In this document: positions 41,868-49,799 of the stretch, piece by piece
Position numbering within the stretch: the first letter of the stretch is position 1
How the letters are laid out: each line of letters starts with the position of its first letter
Program-made: the position numbers and the translations under genes
IMG/VR virus record: IMGVR_UViG_3300036853_000250
Coordinates: 1-58,267 of that record
Reading direction: 5' to 3' (one strand)
Length of the DNA stretch: 58,267 bases
DNA from: a virus
The notes under the pieces: generated by a model
Database searches by the model: none
What the model saw: the letters and a program-made list of their open reading frames with translations, nothing else
Told to the model about the DNA's origin: nothing

Positions 41868-43747
41868 TGGCCCTCGGACTACGCAGCATAACGATCGGCC
41901 CACACATCGGCCTGGGCATCGGCGGAGCCGCGAACGGCATCAGCCTGCTCGGCCTCGAACCGATCGGCTTCGGTGGGCAGAGCAACGTCCAGGGCTCGGC
42001 GTCGCCGATCACCCCGACCGGCGTCACGATGGCGCGCGCGATCACGCTCGCGACCGGACTCGATCAGCCGTTCACCGGCTGCTACGAGATGCGCAAGTAC
42101 GGGTCGACGCCTCCGGACCCGCCGACGTGGCTGACCACCGGCGGCATCGTCCAGGGGCCGGTTCCACTCGCGCCGCGGCCCATCAATGCGGAGGAGGCGC
42201 TCGGAGGCTCGTTCGGGCCGTCGCTGTCACTCGGGCGCTACCTGCACCACTCGTTGCCCGGCTGGGTCGTCGGCGAGCTCGCGCTCGGCGGCACGACGCT
42301 GGCCACGAACTGGAAGGCGCCGCCGGGGAACACGTACCCGACGGCGAATCCGAAGCTCGTCGACCAGTGGATCGCCTTCTTGCAGTCGCTGCAGGTCGCG
42401 ACTGGCAAGACGTTGCGCGCCATCGTCTGGTCGCACGGCACGTCGGACGCGCTGAACACGACGAACGCCAACAACTACGCAGCGAACCTGGCGGCGTTCT
42501 ACACCTACGTCTCCGCGTTCTTCCCGGGCGTGCCGTGGATCATCGAGCAAATCAGCTCGTTGTCGGCCGGCGGCGCCGACCTGACCACGGTCCGCAATGC
42601 ACAGGCTGCGTTCGTCGCCGCGAATCCGGGCGTGACGTTCCTCGTCGACTCCGAGTCATTGCCGCTGCCCGGCAATCAGGCCGGCAACCTGACCCACTAC
42701 AACGCGGACGGCTACATCGTGATGGGCCGGCGCTACGCCGCGAAGGTGCTCGCGGCGTGCTCGATCCCCGAGGTGCCGCAAGCGGAGTTCCGCTACTTCG
42801 GCTCGGGAACATCGGTGCAGCTCACCGACATGTCGATCAACGCCAACTCCGCGGTGAACGCGTGGAGTTGGAGCGTGCAGGGTATCGGCGTCATCTCGAC
42901 GAGCCAGAACCCGGTCTGGGTGGCGCCGGGAACCGGGACGTTCAGCGTCTCGCTCACCGCGACGTCGGCGAACGGCAAGAGTGACACCATCACTCACAGC
43001 GTCATCGTCGCAACCAACGCCTGGACCGTCGACGCGACTGCGAACATCGCGTGTCCGTCGACGCTGGCTGAGGAGAACGCGTTCCTGGCGGCGGCCGGCA
43101 TAACCAGCGGCCCGTGCTCGCATCTCTGGCTGAATCAGGCGAACTGCCAAGGCTCGCCGTTCCAGGATCCGGACGTCATCGGCGGCGTCCCGCTCGGCGC
43201 CAACGGCGCGTTCACGTCGCAATCGGCGTCGGCGAGCTGGACGCGTGTCGGCAATCTCTGGGCGGACGGCGTGTCCAACCGGCATCTGTCGAGTACGGCG
43301 GCGGGCTTGCCCGACTGCTCGGTGACGCCGACGCTGCTCATCGGCTTCTGGGACATGCCGGCTGCTGCGCCCGCAGCGACTCGCGGCTTCATGTCGATCG
43401 GCGTGACCGGCAACGGAGATCTACGCCTCGGTCTCACCACCGGCAAGTTGCAACTCAACGCCACGGCGAACACGCCGATGGTTTACAACGTCTGCAACAG
43501 CGGACGCCAGTTCGTCGCGATTCAGGACACGCTCACCGAGGTCATCATCTATACGGAGCAAGAGCGCTTCGTGATGCCGCGGCGCACGCCTGCGAGCGGC
43601 AAGTCCGTCGGCTTCGGCGGATTCACGGCGACGAGTCCGGCCGCGCGACTCGTGTACGCCAAGCTCTACCGCGACGCGGCTGCGCTCATCTCCGTCGAAC
43701 TGCTGCGCGCGTATTTCCGAACTGGAGGATGGAATCCGGCATGGTGA
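41867..43747 (+). CDS. Tail-associated SGNH/sialate-O-acetylesterase-like carbohydrate esterase with PKD-like domain (626 aa)
   Basis: Has the GFGGQSNVQG (GQSN) block, a late LTHYNADGY block, then the PKD-like FGSGTSVQLTDMS...GTFSVSLTATSANGKSDTITHSVIV. Confidence 0.7.
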   Translation: MALGLRSITIGPHIGLGIGGAANGISLLGLEPIGFGGQSNVQGSASPITPTGVTMARAITLATGLDQPFTGCYEMRKYGSTPPDPPTWLTTGGIVQGPVPLAPRPINAEEALGGSFGPSLSLGRYLHHSLPGWVVGELALGGTTLATNWKAPPGNTYPTANPKLVDQWIAFLQSLQVATGKTLRAIVWSHGTSDALNTTNANNYAANLAAFYTYVSAFFPGVPWIIEQISSLSAGGADLTTVRNAQAAFVAANPGVTFLVDSESLPLPGNQAGNLTHYNADGYIVMGRRYAAKVLAACSIPEVPQAEFRYFGSGTSVQLTDMSINANSAVNAWSWSVQGIGVISTSQNPVWVAPGTGTFSVSLTATSANGKSDTITHSVIVATNAWTVDATANIACPSTLAEENAFLAAAGITSGPCSHLWLNQANCQGSPFQDPDVIGGVPLGANGAFTSQSASASWTRVGNLWADGVSNRHLSSTAAGLPDCSVTPTLLIGFWDMPAAAPAATRGFMSIGVTGNGDLRLGLTTGKLQLNATANTPMVYNVCNSGRQFVAIQDTLTEVIIYTEQERFVMPRRTPASGKSVGFGGFTATSPAARLVYAKLYRDAAALISVELLRAYFRTGGWNPAW

Positions 43748-44955
43748 GAGACGAGTTTCAGGCGGCACTCAACACTGGACTGCTCGACCTCCGCGGTCGA
43801 CCGGGGCCACACTACATCGACATCCCGTCGTATCCGCGGCCGATCGCGACGCTCACCGTGCCGGACGGCGCTTCGATCATCGGCGACGGCGCGGTCATCG
43901 TGTTCCGCGGCGATCCGATGGGCCACGACTGGGCTGGCATCCGTGTCGGCAACGACTGGCGCATCACCGGCGTCAACCTTGTCGTCGAGGAGCCCGGCGG
44001 CACATGGGACGAGCAATCGGGCGAACTCAGCTACTGCACCTTCGATCACCCGGTCGTATCGGGGTCGTCGCGCGGCGACTGCATCCGATTCCGTGGCTAC
44101 CCAGACAAGCAGATCCACGACCAGTTGGTGCACCACGTCGAGTTCAGGCGCGCGGCGCGGTCGGGCATCGCGGTCTACGGCGGGCTGCACGGGTCCTGGT
44201 TCCACCACCTCACGTTCGCCGACGTCGCCGATCAGGACCTCGACTGCGAGACCGCGGTCGCGGGCGGCGTCGAGTTCGAGTGGTCGTACTGCACGCATCG
44301 CCTCGGGCCGTCTGCGCAGAGCGCGATCGCGGTGAGCCTGTACCCGGGCGCGGTGCATATGCACCACAATGTGCTCGACGGCCGCGGCCTCGATATCATG
44401 GGCGGTAGTCACGACGTCCACCACAACACCATCACGCAGGCCACGCCGATCCAGGCGCCGGTCGTCTACCTCCGCAAGGCCGGCTCCACACGGTTCCACG
44501 ACGAGGTCTGGACCCGCACCGCTGGCGCCGGGCCGGGTGCCGTGCTCGCCGTGGCGCAGAAGCTCACCGCGCCGAGCAACGTCGTGCTCGAGGACATTGC
44601 GCTTGTCCAGCACACGCCCGTGATGGCGCTCGCGATCTCGGGCGTCGAGGGCATCACGATGCGCGGGCTCACGGTGACCGACCTGGGCCCGGCGGGCGTG
44701 CGCGATGCCATCCGCATCGAGGGCACCGCGCTGACGCGGACCGGTCCGGTCGCCATCGCGGACTGCACGTTCACCGGAGCGTTCCGGGCCGCGGTCAGCG
44801 TCAGCGGCTCGTACCACGGCGGCGTCGGCGAAGTCGAGGTGCGCGACTGCTCGGCGCCGGGCGCGACCGCGATGGTGCGCGAAGAGAACACGGAGCCAAC
44901 GACAACGCGTGGCGGGATCACGGGGCCGGTGATCGAGGAGGACAACCGTAGATGA
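43729..44955 (+). CDS. Right-handed beta-helix protein, second putative depolymerase/spike (about 405 aa)
   Basis: Periodic short beta-rung repeats with His/Asp/Gly. Frame of ORF 43114..44955. Start is the ATG at 43729 or 43741. Confidence 0.55.
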   Translation: MESGMVRDEFQAALNTGLLDLRGRPGPHYIDIPSYPRPIATLTVPDGASIIGDGAVIVFRGDPMGHDWAGIRVGNDWRITGVNLVVEEPGGTWDEQSGELSYCTFDHPVVSGSSRGDCIRFRGYPDKQIHDQLVHHVEFRRAARSGIAVYGGLHGSWFHHLTFADVADQDLDCETAVAGGVEFEWSYCTHRLGPSAQSAIAVSLYPGAVHMHHNVLDGRGLDIMGGSHDVHHNTITQATPIQAPVVYLRKAGSTRFHDEVWTRTAGAGPGAVLAVAQKLTAPSNVVLEDIALVQHTPVMALAISGVEGITMRGLTVTDLGPAGVRDAIRIEGTALTRTGPVAIADCTFTGAFRAAVSVSGSYHGGVGEVEVRDCSAPGATAMVREENTEPTTTRGGITGPVIEEDNRR

Positions 44956-45428
44956 GCCGAGACCGAGCCACGACCCCCGGCGAACGGCCGTCGCACCGGC
45001 GCGCGCGCGACACGATCGCGCCGCCCGATGACGACGGCGACACCGACGAGATCACGTCGCCGGTGGACCTGCTCCTCGATGACGACGTCAAGGACGATGA
45101 CGCAGTCGAGCGGCTACGGCGCGACAGTCGCGATCCGTACGCGCTGATTTACAACCTCTCCGAGGCGGTGACGCGCGAGAAGAGGCGCAACGCCGCTCGC
45201 GTGCTGCACGCCAAGGTGGCGAAGTTAGTCGAGGAATCCGACCGGCGCGCCAAGGAGAGGAAGTGGCTCCTTGGTGTCGTCGGCACCGTGCTGGTCATCG
45301 CGCTCGGTGCGCTGGGTACCGGCGTGCAACTCATGATCTCAAAGGCCGAGCGCGAGGGCAAGAACGAGATTCGCCTCGATCGCGCAGAACAAGACATTCA
45401 GAAGCTGTTGAGCAAAGGACTCCCATGA
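44952..45428 (+). CDS. Single-pass membrane protein of the lysis cassette (158 aa)
   Basis: Acidic N-terminal half, then the transmembrane segment WLLGVVGTVLVIALGALGTGVQLMI. Confidence 0.5.
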   Translation: MSRDRATTPGERPSHRRARDTIAPPDDDGDTDEITSPVDLLLDDDVKDDDAVERLRRDSRDPYALIYNLSEAVTREKRRNAARVLHAKVAKLVEESDRRAKERKWLLGVVGTVLVIALGALGTGVQLMISKAEREGKNEIRLDRAEQDIQKLLSKGLP

Positions 45429-46279
45429 CTCTCACTCGTACGCGTCTATTCTCTGTCGCCGGCATCGTCGGCGGCACCCTCGTGGTCTACGCGCTATTGA
45501 CAGCGCTCCTCGCGCGCGTCGCGCACGCGGATACTGGCACGCCACCGGCGCCCGGCTGGTCGCTCGCCGAGATCCTGCTCCTGATCGGCGTCATCCTGTT
45601 CGCCGCGCGACAGCTCGTCGACGGCCTGCGGGCGGTATTTCACTTCCTGGGCGCGCGGAACCCGGCAACCACGTGGGTCGACGGCGTGGCCACGACCCTC
45701 GACAGCCTGCACGACCGCATCACGGCGCTCGAGGCGCTGATCCCGCGCACGCCCGGCCCCATCGACCCCGGGACCACGGTGACGACCACCACCGTCAAGC
45801 GCGACCCGCAGGCCGGCAAAGCGAATCTCGGGACGCTCGCCACGCTGGCGCTCGGCTCGGTGCTGCTCGGGACGCTGGTCGGCTTCAGCGCGGTCGGCAT
45901 CTCCAGCGGGTGCGCTACGGTCCGCCCCGCGGCTGGCAGCGCGGTCGCGGCCGAACTGGACTGCTCGTCGGCCGCGATGGTCGACGTCGCGCGGTCGCTC
46001 GGTAACGCGGCGCAGACCTACCTGGTGGGCAAGATCGCCGGCGACGGCCGCACCGTCGACACCGCGGCGATCAAGGCGGATCTCCGTGCGCTCGGCAGCA
46101 AGGCGTGGAGCTGCGCGATCACCGTGGCGCTCAACGTGGTGCTCGGCCAGCCGACGGCGCGGACGTCAATCGCCCACGCCGCGGCGGCGCCAGGTCCGGA
46201 CTGGCGCGCGGTGCTCGTCGAGGTCAAGGGCGAGCTCGGCGTGACGGCCGTGCGGCTGCCGACTGGCGAGGTGCTGTGA
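45425..46279 (+). CDS. Multi-pass membrane protein of the lysis cassette (284 aa), holin/spanin-like candidate
   Basis: ATG at 45425 inside ORF 45263..46279. Three hydrophobic segments, the third ending in GISSGC. Confidence 0.5.
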   Translation: MTLTRTRLFSVAGIVGGTLVVYALLTALLARVAHADTGTPPAPGWSLAEILLLIGVILFAARQLVDGLRAVFHFLGARNPATTWVDGVATTLDSLHDRITALEALIPRTPGPIDPGTTVTTTTVKRDPQAGKANLGTLATLALGSVLLGTLVGFSAVGISSGCATVRPAAGSAVAAELDCSSAAMVDVARSLGNAAQTYLVGKIAGDGRTVDTAAIKADLRALGSKAWSCAITVALNVVLGQPTARTSIAHAAAAPGPDWRAVLVEVKGELGVTAVRLPTGEVL

Positions 46280-46283
46280 CCCC

Positions 46284-46565
46284 GTGTCCCTCGCCGCCGC
46301 TCTCCGCGCCGCGCATGACGACCTGACCGCCGTTGAATGGCAGGTCGACACGCTCCTCGAGTCGCTGTTCGCCGGCTGGCGACGGCGGTTCCCGCGCGCG
46401 ATGGGCTGGCGGTTCACGTCGCCCGCGCAGCTCGATGTGTACGACGTCGCCGATCCGCCGCAGCAGACCGTCGAGGTGCTGCGACGCGCGGGCTTCGACG
46501 TCGTGGTCCTGCACGTCCACAAGGCGGTGGCGTTCCTCACCTGTACTTGTAGCGAGGCGAAATGA
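46284..46565 (+). CDS. hypothetical protein (93 aa)
   Basis: ORF track; GTG start. Confidence 0.45.
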   Translation: MSLAAALRAAHDDLTAVEWQVDTLLESLFAGWRRRFPRAMGWRFTSPAQLDVYDVADPPQQTVEVLRRAGFDVVVLHVHKAVAFLTCTCSEAK

Positions 46566-47359
46566 CTGGAGTACTGGTCAACGGCATCGTGGTCCCCGTC
46601 CCCGGCGTCACCGTCATCGGGCCAGGTTCGGCTCCATGGGCGCAGGCCTCACCAGAGGACGGCCGCAGCCGCAACCGCTGGCCGCAGCAACTGATCCTCC
46701 ACAAGACTCTGGCCGACGATCCGGAGGTCGTGCGTCCCGGCATCGGCCCGCTCGGTCACCCGGAGCGCACGGCGCGCGCGTGGGCCGATGCCGGGACGCA
46801 GTCCGGGGCGCCGCTCGTGGTCGGCGGCGAGGCCATCGCGTGTCTTGCCGACGTCGTCCGGTGGAAAGGCTGGCACGCGAACCAGGCCAACGATCGCAGC
46901 GTCGGAATTGAGCACTGCGAGGAGCGCGGCGGAATCGTCTATCAGGCCGTGCTCGACAACGGCGTCGCCCTGGTCCGCGTGCTCGTCGCGGCGCTCGGCA
47001 TCCAGCTACAGGTTCCGCGGGGCTACGCTGGCCGGCCGCTGACGCGGTTCAGGGACGGCGGATCGACGCTCGTAGGCGTGTTCGGGCACCGCGACGTCAC
47101 CGACCGGCGCGGGCGTTGGGACCCTGGCGACGAACTGTTCCGGCTGCTGATCCAGCGGCTCGGCGCGGAGGCGTTCGACTTCGAGTCCGGCGAGGACCTG
47201 GCCGCGTGGAAGGACCGACAGCGCTGGCTCAACCGGCGCGGCGAGCGGCTCGTGGTCGATGGGATCCCGGGGCCGGCCACCACGGCCGCGCTGCGGCGCG
47301 CGGGCTACCGCGACGGGATCTGGGCGTTCGGTCCGTGGGCCGAGAATCCGGCGGGTTGA
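46562..47359 (+). CDS. Endolysin: N-acetylmuramoyl-L-alanine amidase (Amidase_2/PGRP type) with C-terminal PG_binding_1 domain
   Basis: Has WHANQANDRSVGIEH, GVFGHRDVTDRRGRWDPG, and a C-terminal LVVDGIPGPATTAALRRAG. Confidence 0.8.
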   Translation: MTGVLVNGIVVPVPGVTVIGPGSAPWAQASPEDGRSRNRWPQQLILHKTLADDPEVVRPGIGPLGHPERTARAWADAGTQSGAPLVVGGEAIACLADVVRWKGWHANQANDRSVGIEHCEERGGIVYQAVLDNGVALVRVLVAALGIQLQVPRGYAGRPLTRFRDGGSTLVGVFGHRDVTDRRGRWDPGDELFRLLIQRLGAEAFDFESGEDLAAWKDRQRWLNRRGERLVVDGIPGPATTAALRRAGYRDGIWAFGPWAENPAG

Positions 47360-47376
47360 GCGCACCGTTGGATGCT

Positions 47377-48072
47377 CTAGCGTATCGCGTTGCCGCGGAC
47401 TACTGGCAATAGCGCCCGCACCAGATCGGCGGCGTTCGCGCCGATCACGTCGACAGAAAAATCCCAGAGCGCGTCCAGATAACTCGCCTCGCCGGAGCGG
47501 CTCTTGTGCGCGAGCGCCGCCGTGACCGTCCGTTCCCAGGCCCATGCCGCCGGGGCACGGGCAATTTCGCTCACGACGATCACGGCGCGCTCAAGTAGCT
47601 GGCCGTAGTAGTGCTGACCGCCGTAGTCGAGCGCGTGCCCATGTTCGCGCCGGAGGATCTCGCGTGCGGCCAACTCAGTCACGAGCTCGTCGAACATCGA
47701 CAGGACGTCCCACCCTCGACCGCGCACGTCATCCCATGTCAGAGTCGGCCACAGGCATGGCGGCACAGAGTCGCGCGTCGCGATCCCGTGCGACAGCCGC
47801 GGCCCGCAGCCGTGGAGAGTCTCGTGCACCATCGTGTGATGGGCGCCGGCCGGCGTGCCGGGGCGCGGCGGCTCGCCCGTCGGCGTGTATGCTGCCAGCA
47901 GATCGGCCGTGTCTCCGTACAACGTCACGGAGCCGTCGAGGTAGTCGAAGGAGCCGCTCGGGCCGCCCGGTCGTCCTGTCTTCGTGCGGAGAACAGAGGA
48001 GCCGGGCAGTGGCCTCGGGACGCATCCGTGGCGCTCGACCAGGGCGTGATATGTGGCGCGGAAGTTCTGCAT
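47377..48072 (-). CDS. HExxH zincin-motif protein (231 aa), unknown family
   Basis: TMVHETLHG followed by the acidic helix MFDELVTELAAREIL; last gene of a three-gene minus-strand operon. Confidence 0.6.
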   Translation of the reverse strand: MQNFRATYHALVERHGCVPRPLPGSSVLRTKTGRPGGPSGSFDYLDGSVTLYGDTADLLAAYTPTGEPPRPGTPAGAHHTMVHETLHGCGPRLSHGIATRDSVPPCLWPTLTWDDVRGRGWDVLSMFDELVTELAAREILRREHGHALDYGGQHYYGQLLERAVIVVSEIARAPAAWAWERTVTAALAHKSRSGEASYLDALWDFSVDVIGANAADLVRALLPVVRGNAIR

Positions 48073-48079
48073 CGAACGA

Positions 48080-48271
48080 CTATCGTGACGAGCCGCGAGC
48101 GACCGCGAGCCCGAGCGCCTCGCGCGCGAGGTCGCTCCACGTCTGGTTCTGCTTGTTGGCCAGGGCGAGCTGGTCGGCCAGCTCGTCGGCTGTGACGCGC
48201 ACGCGCTTGGTGATCCCGCGCGGCTTAGCGCTCGGAGGGCGGCCGAGCTTGGGCTTGCGGCGGGTGGTCAC
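48080..48271 (-). CDS. Ribbon-helix-helix (CopG/Arc/MobC-like) DNA-binding protein (63 aa)
   Basis: Basic arm KLGRPPSAKPRG, then a beta-strand plus two helices: KRVRVTADELADQLALANKQNQTWSDLAREALGLAV. Confidence 0.55.
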   Translation of the reverse strand: MTTRRKPKLGRPPSAKPRGITKRVRVTADELADQLALANKQNQTWSDLAREALGLAVARGSSR

Positions 48272-48459
48272 GAGCGCGACGCCTCCACTGTGGCGTCGCG
48301 CCGCGACGCGAGCACGATCTCGCGGACGTGTGCGGCGCTGACCTGCGCATCATCGATCAGCGCTTGATCGACGATGATTCCGAGGTCACCGGTACCGTCG
48401 TCGAGGTCGGCAAGGGAGGCGAGGATTGCAGAGCGAGCAACGCGCGGCCTGTTCGTCAT
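48268..48459 (-). CDS. hypothetical acidic protein (63 aa)
   Basis: ORF 48268..48729 trimmed to the ATG at 48459 (MTNRPRVARSAIL...); ATGA overlap with the RHH gene. Confidence 0.45.
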   Translation of the reverse strand: MTNRPRVARSAILASLADLDDGTGDLGIIVDQALIDDAQVSAAHVREIVLASRRDATVEASRS

Positions 48460-48463
48460 GCCA

Positions 48464-48481
48464 TTGTTGTAGCCACAACAA
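48464..48481. promoter_or_regulatory. Perfect palindrome TTGTTGT-AGCC-ACAACAA, 4 nt upstream of the 48459 start
   Basis: Read directly; lies in the divergent intergenic region 48460..48530. Confidence 0.6.
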
Positions 48482-48506
48482 TTCCGGCTGTCAATCCTGT
48501 GGCTAC
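48469..48506. promoter_or_regulatory. Inverted repeat GTAGCCACA (48469..48477) / TGTGGCTAC (48498..48506), 20-nt spacer
   Basis: 9-bp perfect arms read directly; nested with the 48464..48481 palindrome. Confidence 0.6.
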
Positions 48507-48530
48507 AGAAATCCGCGCTACGCTCCACCC

Positions 48531-48830
48531 GTGTCTTGCCTCGACTTGGATCCCGCCTGCGACCCCGCCGCGCTCTGCTGCGGCTGTCTCGGCCGTTCCA
48601 TCGCCAGCGCGCGGGGCCAGGCTCGAGTACTCGGAGAATGCTGGGGTGATCGCGTCCACCGCGCGACCCGCGGCCGAGAGCAGCCCGAGGTGTGGCCGGC
48701 GGACGAGCGGACGCTGGCGATCGCCACACGGCTGGTGGCTCGGCTGGTGAGCGATCCGCGGGCTGTCGAGCCGCTCGCCGCGGTGTGCGTGGCCGGCGCG
48801 GCGGCGTGGTGGGCGAGGCGGGCTAGGTGA
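48531..48830 (+). CDS. hypothetical Cys-rich protein (99 aa)
   Basis: Frame of ORF 48426..48830 has G/C at nearly all third positions from the GTG at 48531 onward. N-terminus is CLDLDPACDPAALCCGC. Confidence 0.45.
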   Translation: MSCLDLDPACDPAALCCGCLGRSIASARGQARVLGECWGDRVHRATRGREQPEVWPADERTLAIATRLVARLVSDPRAVEPLAAVCVAGAAAWWARRAR

Positions 48831-49049
48831 TCAGCGGAGCGCCCGTTCCATGGCGTGTTGGTTGCGCTCCTCGATTTCCTCCTCGAGTTCGTCAATCCGC
48901 TCAAGCGCCGCCTCCCAGCGCTTGAGCAGTTCGTCGACCGTGACCGGAAGGCAGCCGCTCGCCTCGACAAGCATTTCATCTCCGTAGTTACGGATGAGCG
49001 AGATGAGGGTGCGATCGGCGTCCCACGCATTGTCGACGACCTTACTCAT
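48831..49049 (-). CDS. hypothetical acidic helical protein (72 aa)
   Basis: ORF track; 8-nt overlap with the upstream gene. Confidence 0.5.
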   Translation of the reverse strand: MSKVVDNAWDADRTLISLIRNYGDEMLVEASGCLPVTVDELLKRWEAALERIDELEEEIEERNQHAMERALR

Positions 49050-49632
49050 CGTCCACCTGCACCATCACGGTCAGCTTGGGCTTGGCCGTCTCGGCGACGC
49101 GAGCGCGGAGCTGTGCGGCCCACAGCGTGCGGGCGGCGGCCAGCTGGCAGGCGGTGAGGTAGCGCCCCTCGGCTCGCTTGATTGCCACCACGCGTTCGGC
49201 GGTTGCCGGTTCGTCGTGGCGCTGCAGCCACACGTACCGCTCCAGGCACTGCTCCGCGGTCAGGCCGTCGTAGAGCGACTCGGGCGCCTCGATGATCCAT
49301 GGGACCAGCGGCATCATCTTGGCCGCCTCGTCCATCAACTTGCCCTGCTTCTGCCAGAACGCGGTGGCGTCGACCTCGGTGAGGCGGTCGGAGGTGAACG
49401 GCACCCACGTCCCGAGGTGCTCGCGTTGCCACACGTGGTCAGCCTTGCGAGTCGGGGTCGGCTCCTCCGCGGTCCACTGCGGCGTCCAGCCAGCCGAAAC
49501 GAACGCAGCGTGAACCTCAGCTCTCGTGGGGTCTGGCAGACCGCCGAAGTACCATCCGCATCCGCCGCAGCGGCCTGACGATGGCCACGGTGCGCTCATG
49601 TACGCGGCTGTCTTGCAGTTCGGGCATTTCAT
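49042..49632 (-). CDS. hypothetical protein with N-terminal zinc ribbon (196 aa)
   Basis: MKCPNCK...GRCGGCG; AGGAG lies upstream of the ATG at 49632; its promoter region abuts attP. Confidence 0.55.
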   Translation of the reverse strand: MKCPNCKTAAYMSAPWPSSGRCGGCGWYFGGLPDPTRAEVHAAFVSAGWTPQWTAEEPTPTRKADHVWQREHLGTWVPFTSDRLTEVDATAFWQKQGKLMDEAAKMMPLVPWIIEAPESLYDGLTAEQCLERYVWLQRHDEPATAERVVAIKRAEGRYLTACQLAAARTLWAAQLRARVAETAKPKLTVMVQVDDE

Positions 49633-49700
49633 CGGGGCTCCTGTGGTTGTAGCCTTCTATGTTGGCGGGCGGGCGGAAATACGCGCGGGTCGCTGGTGCC

Positions 49701-49715
49701 GCACACCGGCTGCAC
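49701..49715. repeat. 15-bp direct repeat GCACACCGGCTGCAC, copy 1 (candidate integrase arm site)
   Basis: Perfect match to 49886..49900; the two copies flank the tRNA-derived core. Confidence 0.7.
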
Positions 49716-49751
49716 GCGATCGATCTATCTACGCGCCGATGCACATCTCCA

Positions 49752-49798
49752 CGCGGACTGAAAATCCGCGTGTCGTTGGTTCAATTCCGACCCTGGGC
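49752..49798 (+). other. attP core: 3-prime 47 nt of a tRNA-Phe(GAA) gene (anticodon arm, variable loop, T arm, 3-prime acceptor strand, discriminator A)
   Basis: GCGGA-CTGAAAA-TCCGC GTGTC GTTGG-TTCAATT-CCGAC CCTGGGC A. No D arm or 5-prime acceptor strand upstream. Immediately next to the int stop codon. Confidence 0.8.
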
Positions 49799-49799
49799 A

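Noticed and set aside
49752-49798. A functional phage-encoded tRNA gene
   Set aside because: Only the anticodon arm through the 3-prime acceptor strand is present. The upstream sequence (…GATGCACATCTCCAC) cannot form a D arm or pair with CCTGGGC.
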